Below are positions 58,076-64,000 of a stretch of DNA of 64,000 bases, in pieces. This stretch comes from Candidatus Phoenicimicrobium oleiphilum (GTDB lineage Bacteria; Atribacterota; Phoenicimicrobiia; Phoenicimicrobiales; Phoenicimicrobiaceae). Within the stretch, counting starts at the first letter, position 1; the number at the start of each line of letters is the position of its first letter. The position numbers were made by a program, and so were the translations under genes. The stretch is taken from the NCBI GenBank assembly GCA_039638295.1, contig JBDIWJ010000002.1:12415-76414 (forward strand). The letters are read 5' to 3'. Below the pieces are notes generated by a model, which searched no databases, had not been told where the DNA came from, and worked only from the letters and a program-made list of their open reading frames with translations.

Positions 58076-59242
58076 TTATTCTTCATAAATATCGAAGCCA
58101 CCTTCTTCGTTTACTACATACATCAGATACGGAACTCCTTCTCTATCTCCTTTTTCCGTAAAACCGATTGAACCAGTAATACCTGGAACACCATCAACTT
58201 CATTTCTAAGATACTCAGCTAAAATATCAGAATCGGTAGAACCAGTCTTATCGATGGCATAGGCAATAATATTTAAAGCATCAGCAGCATATACTGGCCA
58301 GGGACTGGAAGGAATTTCTCCGTATTTTGCTTTATAAGCTTCTAAGAATATCTTTGATTCTGGGTAAGGAAGTTCTGCCGGCATAGGTTCCTGAGTCATA
58401 AAACACCCTTTTGCCTTTTCTATTCCAGCAATCTTTACAAATTCATCATTGATAGCTGCATTACCACCTACGAAAGGACAATCGATACCTATGTCTCGTG
58501 CTTGAGATACTATTAATGCAGCTTCAGGGTAATAACCAGTAAAGTAGAGCACATCTGGATTGGTCTCCCGAACTTTAGTTAAAGGAACAGAGAAATCCTT
58601 CTCACCAGGAGTAATAGCATCATAATAAACTATCTCTACTTCCCCGGCATCAACCTTTGGTTGTAATGACTTTTTGGTCTCTTCGGCCACTCCCTTAGCA
58701 AAAGTAGTGTTATCATGCATAATAGCTATTCTTTTTGCTCCGAAAACCCGAGGTACATAATCCGCAAAGAAGATACCCTGAGCACTATCAATACCGCAAG
58801 TACGGAAAAAGTATTTCAATCCTCTTTCGGTTAAACGAACAGCGGTTGCCCCATAAGCAATATTAACTTTTTTGAATTTTTCATATAGATTAGAAGCAGG
58901 TTCACATACTGAGGAACCATACGTAGAAACAGAAGCCACTACATCCTTCTGAGAAATTAGCTTCATTGCTGCTAAGGCTCCTGCTTTGGGTTCACAAGCA
59001 TCATCAGCAACTCTAAGTTCAATCATTCTACCACCTAAAATACCACCCTTTTCATTAATTAATTGGGCTGCTATTTCACAAGATTGCTTTGCCATTTGCC
59101 CTTCATATGCCCAGGCTCCAGTTATTGGTCCCTGAAGTCCAATTACAACTGGTGGTTTCTCTGCTGCCATTACACCTGAATAAGTTACACCAAGAGCGAA
59201 TACTAATAAACTGATAATTAACAGATACTTGATACTTTTCAC
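58076..59242 (-). CDS. livK: branched-chain amino acid ABC transporter substrate-binding protein
   Basis: Signal peptide and periplasmic-binding-protein type I fold. Confidence 0.8.
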   Translation of the reverse strand: MKSIKYLLIISLLVFALGVTYSGVMAAEKPPVVIGLQGPITGAWAYEGQMAKQSCEIAAQLINEKGGILGGRMIELRVADDACEPKAGALAAMKLISQKDVVASVSTYGSSVCEPASNLYEKFKKVNIAYGATAVRLTERGLKYFFRTCGIDSAQGIFFADYVPRVFGAKRIAIMHDNTTFAKGVAEETKKSLQPKVDAGEVEIVYYDAITPGEKDFSVPLTKVRETNPDVLYFTGYYPEAALIVSQARDIGIDCPFVGGNAAINDEFVKIAGIEKAKGCFMTQEPMPAELPYPESKIFLEAYKAKYGEIPSSPWPVYAADALNIIAYAIDKTGSTDSDILAEYLRNEVDGVPGITGSIGFTEKGDREGVPYLMYVVNEEGGFDIYEE

Positions 59243-59439
59243 TTTTAATCCTCCTTTTATTTTTTTAAAATTAGAAAATTACTAAGACTTGTAGGCTTGA
59301 TAAGTTACCTTATAATCATATTTTCTTTTAATTTATTTTAGGTAAATACCTCACCTCCTTCTCATTTCCCAGTAGTTTCTTGCAAAATATTATTCCTTGT
59401 TAATTAATAGGTCTTCCCATAATGCAAGAAACTGTTTTT

Positions 59440-59700
59440 GGGCAACTTTCTATTGAAATCACCAATCTTATATTAAATATGGTTATTTCCCAAAAAGCTA
59501 AAAATACTTTCAATGGGTTATGTATATATTACGCCACAGCTAATTTTATAGCAAATTATGACTTTTTGGTTATAATTATGTTGTAGGGGCACAATGAATT
59601 GTGCCCTCGCTCTAATTGTTTAATTTCTCCTGTGGGCACGATACATCGTGCCCCTACCTTACAATTTTATCTACTTTTTGGGTTTCAATCAAATATATAA
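59440..59700. repeat. composite about 250-bp repeat element, copy A
   Basis: GGTTATTTCCCAAAAAGCTAAAAATACTTT...TTTTGGTTATAATTATGTTGTAGGGGCACAATGAATTGTGCCC...GTGGGCACGATACATCGTGCCCCTAC...TTTTTGGGTTTCAATCA. Tandem with copy B. Confidence 0.85.
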
Positions 59701-59744
59701 TTCTATATAAAATTAAAAAATCCTTCTTTTTGCTTATATTATAA

Positions 59745-59950
59745 TTGGTTATTTCCCAAAAAGCCAAAAATATTTTTAACGCATTATATTGATAGTATAT
59801 TTTAGATAATTTTATAATAAATTACAACTTTTTTGGTTATAATTAGGTAGTAGGGGCACAATGAATTGTGCCCTTGCCATATTGTTGCCTAATTTCTCCT
59901 GTGGGCACGATGCATCGTGCCCCTACTACATTACTATTTTGTGTGCTTTT
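59745..59950. repeat. composite about 200-bp repeat element, copy B (tandem to copy A)
   Basis: GGTTATTTCCCAAAAAGCCAAAAATATTTT...TTTTTGGTTATAATTAGGTAGTAGGGGCACAATGAATTGTGCCC...GTGGGCACGATGCATCGTGCCCCTAC. Confidence 0.85.
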
Positions 59951-61103
59951 AAACTACCGAAGGTTCAAGAATTAGTTCTCCCCTTTCAAATCTTCCAACA
60001 TCTAATTTATCTTCTATGGATAGAGAAGTCCTACCGGTTAATATTAATTCTGCAATTAATTTGCTGGTTACCGGGGCTAACATAAATCCATGTCCGCTAA
60101 ACCCTATTGCCATATAAAAACCGCTCATCTTGGGATGTTCCCCCAAGATTGGTTGGGCATCAGGACTCACATTATATAGACCAGCCCATTGTCTTACCAT
60201 ACTCACCTCTTTTAATAAAGGTACTACCGCAGTAATTTTTTGAGCCATCTCTCGAGCGAACTGCCAGCTTGAGCCCATATCATACCCTTTAGGTTCATTC
60301 GGGTCACCAAAGCCCATTATTATACTCCCATGAGGAGTCTGTTGACAATAGAAATTGTGAGAAAAAGACATTAGCATTGGCCGAAATAAAGGATCGACTG
60401 GTTCAGTAATTAAAATTTGATGTCGTTGAGAATAGACAGGTAAATCCAACCCTGCCATTTTTCCAATCACTCCCGAATATCCTCCGGCTGCATTTACTAC
60501 AATGGAAGTAAATATCTTCCCTTTATCTGTATTAACTGCCACTATTCTGTTGTTTTTTGTTTCAATCTCTTTTACTTCAGTAAAAGTATATATCTTTACT
60601 CCCAACCTTTTAGCTGCTTCCGCATAGGCAAAGTTTGTTTTAAAGGGATCTGCGTGACCATCGGTAGGACAAAAAGTTGCAGCTAATACACCTTCTGTAT
60701 TTAAAGGTGGAACAATCTCTTTGGCCTCTTTAACCGTGATAAATCTGGAATCAATACCTAAAGATTGTTGCAGAGCCACATTTTTCTTAAATTGATTAAC
60801 TTCTCTTTCGGTATAAGCCAGGATTAGATAGCCACCTTGATTAAGTTCGATCTCATAATCCAGTTCTTCACTTAAATTCTCAAAAATCTTAATACTCTCT
60901 CGGGCCAGGATACAGTTCATCTCAGTACCAAACTGCTGTCTGATTCCTGCTCCACATCTACCGGTTGAACCACTGGCTAAAGTATTCTTTTCTAATAATA
61001 CTATATCTTCAGCCCCTAATTTAGCTAAGTTATAGGCGATGCTGCAACCGATTACTCCCCCACCAATTATAACTATATCAGCATTTTTGATCATCATTAT
61101 CAC
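59949..61103 (-). CDS. FAD-dependent oxidoreductase (sarcosine oxidase beta / proline dehydrogenase beta-like)
   Basis: N-terminal FAD fold IVIIGGGVIGCSIAYNLA. DAO family. Confidence 0.8.
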   Translation of the reverse strand: MIMMIKNADIVIIGGGVIGCSIAYNLAKLGAEDIVLLEKNTLASGSTGRCGAGIRQQFGTEMNCILARESIKIFENLSEELDYEIELNQGGYLILAYTEREVNQFKKNVALQQSLGIDSRFITVKEAKEIVPPLNTEGVLAATFCPTDGHADPFKTNFAYAEAAKRLGVKIYTFTEVKEIETKNNRIVAVNTDKGKIFTSIVVNAAGGYSGVIGKMAGLDLPVYSQRHQILITEPVDPLFRPMLMSFSHNFYCQQTPHGSIIMGFGDPNEPKGYDMGSSWQFAREMAQKITAVVPLLKEVSMVRQWAGLYNVSPDAQPILGEHPKMSGFYMAIGFSGHGFMLAPVTSKLIAELILTGRTSLSIEDKLDVGRFERGELILEPSVV

Positions 61104-61359
61104 CTGCCAGGGTTCCTAATTTCACTGGTTTAGTGGGAGGTCTAAAGGTAGATATAGGCAGTTCGTCTATTTTCTTACGACAGAACCTGGCAATTTCATT
61201 AAGTATGATCCTCTGACAAGTTTTACCCTGACACCTTCCCATCCCAGCGCGAGTAATTCTTTTTATTTCATCGAGAGTAGTATAACCTTTTTCTAATGCT
61301 TTTCTTATATCCCCCCAGGTTATATCTTCACATCGACAAATTATGACCTCATCTTTCAT
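61078..61359 (-). CDS. BFD-like [2Fe-2S]-binding protein
   Basis: CRCEDIT...GRCQGKTC cysteine pattern. Confidence 0.7.
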   Translation of the reverse strand: MKDEVIICRCEDITWGDIRKALEKGYTTLDEIKRITRAGMGRCQGKTCQRIILNEIARFCRKKIDELPISTFRPPTKPVKLGTLAGDNDDQKC

Positions 61360-61852
61360 TTTTTTTGCCCTCCACTTTTATACTCCTAACTGTCATTGAC
61401 ATATTTTTGGGAACTAATATAGAAATTATGTTAGTCTTATTTTTAATCTTTTGAACCTTTACTACTTTAACCTTATCAACTACTTCCCCGGCTCTATCTA
61501 AGGCATAAACCTCTTCTCCCTTTTGGGGTAAGGGTAACATTTCATAAGGCAATTTAATTAAAGCTTCTTTATCTGAATAATTTTCATCTATCACAAATAT
61601 GGCAAGACCAGGACAAGAACTAATGCAGATTCCGCAACCAGTGCACTTATCAAAATCAACCTGGGGCAAATCATTAATGTCTTCAAATGGTTTTATTGCC
61701 CCAAATTTACAGGATATGGCACAAGGGTTACAGGGTATCTTCTGGAAACATTCCACAATAACTACCGGCCCTTTTGCCAATCTTTCTTTATCTGGGGTAA
61801 CTTTTTTTAAATCATCCTCAGTAGGAATACCAGTTCTTTCTAACATTATCAA
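61349..61852 (-). CDS. 4Fe-4S ferredoxin-domain protein
   Basis: CTGCGICISSCP and CNPCAISC cluster motifs. Confidence 0.7.
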   Translation of the reverse strand: MIMLERTGIPTEDDLKKVTPDKERLAKGPVVIVECFQKIPCNPCAISCKFGAIKPFEDINDLPQVDFDKCTGCGICISSCPGLAIFVIDENYSDKEALIKLPYEMLPLPQKGEEVYALDRAGEVVDKVKVVKVQKIKNKTNIISILVPKNMSMTVRSIKVEGKKNER

Positions 61853-62949
61853 TCCCCCTCCCCCTTAATTAAAACTTTTTTTATTCCTACCTTTACCTTC
61901 TTGCTTAAAGGGTTAGCGCGCAATTCTTTTAATTCTTCCTTTAATTTTCTATTTTGCTCTGGGTAATTAGCACATTTTAATCCTAAGCTAACAGCTGCAT
62001 TTAAGCCAGCAATTTGCCCTTCTAACATAGCACTACTGGCTTCTTCGATACCAGCTACATCACCGGCAATATAAATGTTATCTTTGGTTGTTTTCATATT
62101 CTCATCCCTTAGAGCAACATAACCACCGAGTTCAGGAATATATTTCATCTGACAACCAGCCTGCCAGAGGAGATCAGAAAGCGGAGATAGTCCCACAGCC
62201 AGGCAGATAGTGTCCACTTCGAGCTCTTTCTCTGTTCCCGGTATAAATTCAAAATTTTGATTAATTTCAGAAATTACTGCTTTTTCTACACAATCTGTAC
62301 CATACACTTCTTTTAAGGTATGAGAAGTATAGATAGGTACGCCTAAACGTCTAATTTTGGAGGCATGAACCAGATAACCACCTATCCTGGGGAGAGCCTC
62401 CACAATTGCTGCCACTTTAATACCTGCTTGCAAAAGTTGATAACTAACAATTAAACCTATATTGCCTGCTCCTATCATCAAAACATTATTACCCGGGACT
62501 ACTCCATAAAGATTCATTAGAGTTTGGACAGCTCCAGCTCCATAGACTCCTGGCAAATCATTATTTACAAAAGGCAGCATATTTTCTGAGGCACCAGTAG
62601 CTATAATAATTCTTTTAGCTTTTAGTTTTTTAAATATCTTACCATCAATTCCCTGGACAATGGTAATAACTTCATCTTCGTAATATCCAGTGACAGTTGC
62701 ATTGGTGATCAGTTCAATATTCTTGTATTTTTCGATTTCCTGAATCAATTTCTTAGCAATCTCTATTCCCCTAATCCCTGCAAATTGCGCCTCTGAACCA
62801 AAAAATTTGTGAGTTTGCTTGATCAATTGACCACCTAATTCTAAACCATCATCAATTAAGGTTATTTTTGCTCTTAAGGAGGCAGCATAAACTGCTGCTG
62901 ATAATCCTGCTGGGCCTCCTCCAATAATTGCTATATCAGTCTCTCTCAA
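61849..62949 (-). CDS. NAD(P)/FAD-dependent oxidoreductase (sarcosine oxidase alpha-like)
   Basis: DIAIIGGGPAGLSAAVYAA and a second GAGNIGL dinucleotide-binding motif. Confidence 0.8.
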   Translation of the reverse strand: MRETDIAIIGGGPAGLSAAVYAASLRAKITLIDDGLELGGQLIKQTHKFFGSEAQFAGIRGIEIAKKLIQEIEKYKNIELITNATVTGYYEDEVITIVQGIDGKIFKKLKAKRIIIATGASENMLPFVNNDLPGVYGAGAVQTLMNLYGVVPGNNVLMIGAGNIGLIVSYQLLQAGIKVAAIVEALPRIGGYLVHASKIRRLGVPIYTSHTLKEVYGTDCVEKAVISEINQNFEFIPGTEKELEVDTICLAVGLSPLSDLLWQAGCQMKYIPELGGYVALRDENMKTTKDNIYIAGDVAGIEEASSAMLEGQIAGLNAAVSLGLKCANYPEQNRKLKEELKELRANPLSKKVKVGIKKVLIKGEGD

Positions 62950-63251
62950 TTGAAATCACCTTTCCCTTTTTGAGTTTCAATCTTCATCCCTTCTTCCAAT
63001 TTAGTTACGCAGGTCCTTACATTAGGGATGCCATTTACTTTCATCAGACAGGATGAACATTTGCCTATGGCACAAAAGAATCCTCGAGGTCGATGATACT
63101 TAATACTCCTGCTTAATACCTTTACTCCTGCGGCAACTATGGCAGAAGCAATTGGTTCTCCTTCGTAGCCCTCCATCTCTTTTCCGTCTAAATAAAATCT
63201 TATTTTTTTACCTGGATAAAATTCTAAGATAGGATGTTCTTTTATCCGCAT
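62946..63251 (-). CDS. (2Fe-2S)-binding protein (Fer2_4)
   Basis: YHRPRGFFCAIGKCSSCLMKVNGIPNVRTC motif. Confidence 0.75.
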   Translation of the reverse strand: MRIKEHPILEFYPGKKIRFYLDGKEMEGYEGEPIASAIVAAGVKVLSRSIKYHRPRGFFCAIGKCSSCLMKVNGIPNVRTCVTKLEEGMKIETQKGKGDFN

Positions 63252-63284
63252 ACTATCCCTCCTAATTTTTTATAACATTTCATA

Positions 63285-63545
63285 ATATCGTAAAATATTA
63301 TATATGGTGTATTTCTAACAAATTTATAACAAATTTTGATTTTTTGCTTATAATTATATTGTGGGGGCACAATGAATTGTACCCTTCTTATTTTAATGCC
63401 CAGTCTCTCCTGTGGGCACGATACATCGTGCCCTACATTTATGATACATCGTGCCCTACATTTACAATGTCTCTGGCCCCGACATTTACAATGTCTCTTG
63501 CCTTTACATTACGGTTTTGTTTATTTTTTTGATTACAACCATTTT
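63285..63545. repeat. composite repeat element with internally triplicated half-palindromes
   Basis: TTTTTGCTTATAATTATATTGTGGGGGCACAATGAATTGTACCC...GTGGGCACGATACATCGTGCCCTACATTTATGATACATCGTGCCCTACATTTACAATGTCTCTGGCCCCGACATTTACAATGTCTCTTGCC...GATTACAACCATT. Confidence 0.8.
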
Positions 63546-63546
63546 A

Positions 63547-64000
63547 TTATTTCAACATAAAAATAGCAGCCATACGGCCTGTCTTCCCCTTATCTCTTCG
63601 GTAGGAAAAGAAAAGTTCAGGGCAATCAGCCGTGCAAATTTCATTAATAAAAATATTCTTTTTTTCTATTCCGCCTTTGATTAGCTGAAGATAGTTTGCT
63701 TTTTTTAAATCAAGACTTCGTTCATTTTCGTTTTGTATAGAGAATATTTTATGACTAAAATTATTTTTATTTGTCCAATAATCGTTAATTTGATTTTGAT
63801 TTTTAATCTTATAACAACACGGACCAATGGAAGGAAAAATAGCAGCTAAGCAGGATTGAGGATTTGTACCAAATATCTTTTGCATCTTATCCAAAGCCTT
63901 TGAAGTTATTTGCAGTTCCGTTCCTCTCCCCCCACTATGAATTAATCCAATTGCTTTCTTAACGGGGTCTAAAATAAAAATTGGCACACAATCAGCATAA
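63547..64000 (-). CDS. pgeF: peptidoglycan editing factor PgeF / YfiH (DUF152, laccase-domain) protein, 5' part beyond window end
   Basis: C-terminal half CTADCPELFFSYRRDKGKTGRMAAI matches the YfiH family. The N-terminal half must lie beyond 64000. Confidence 0.7.
   Translation of the reverse strand, partial: YADCVPIFILDPVKKAIGLIHSGGRGTELQITSKALDKMQKIFGTNPQSCLAAIFPSIGPCCYKIKNQNQINDYWTNKNNFSHKIFSIQNENERSLDLKKANYLQLIKGGIEKKNIFINEICTADCPELFFSYRRDKGKTGRMAAIFMLK

Noticed and set aside
59570-59700. TTGGTTATAATT in repeat arms as a functional sigma-A promoter
   Set aside because: The TATAAT-like hexamer is there but no properly spaced -35 exists (TTGGTT is immediately adjacent). Promoter activity is only a possibility, noted under the repeat finding.

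Overview
The window is AT-rich (about 30% GC) with Firmicutes/Clostridia-like gene order.

The right two-thirds (about 31.2-64 kb) is a conserved housekeeping block, almost all on the minus strand. It carries dprA, a PASTA protein, rsmB, fmt, def, priA, coaBC, rpoZ, gmk, remA, yicC, rqcH (+ strand), rluD, lgt, lspA and ileS with a T-box leader. It continues with a DUF167 gene, divIVA, yggT, yggS, phoU, livFGMHK, a five-gene sarcosine-oxidase/proline-dehydrogenase-like Fe-S/FAD oxidoreductase cluster, and a partial pgeF.

The left half (about 1.8-31.3 kb) looks like a decaying accessory/defense island next to a tRNA-Pro(GGG) and an internally deleted tyrosine integrase. It contains:
- a Type I R-M locus (hsdR, hsdS, frameshifted hsdM) with embedded AlbA_2/Schlafen-like and Zn-ribbon genes plus radC;
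- a TIR-domain protein with an unknown 299-aa partner;
- a standalone Hel308-like helicase with a degenerate DExH motif fused to an OmpR-type winged helix;
- a phage-derived module: HTH_36 protein, a sigma factor split into separate region-2 and region-4 ORFs, a DUF1659/DUF2922 pair, an LL-H holin, an M15 peptidase and a BhlA holin;
- a Type II R-M pair and a NucS/DUF91-like nuclease;
- several gene fragments.

More than 30 copies of a modular palindromic repeat family are scattered through both halves. The cores are GGGCAC(G/A)ATG(C/A)AT(C/T)GTGCCC, GTCATTGCGAGC...GCGTGGCAATCTC, GTAGGACAGGCGTCTCGCCTGTC and GGTCGGATAAATCCGACC, often framed by GTAGGG...CCCTACA. Some copies end in a Shine-Dalgarno sequence and appear to have split or extended genes.
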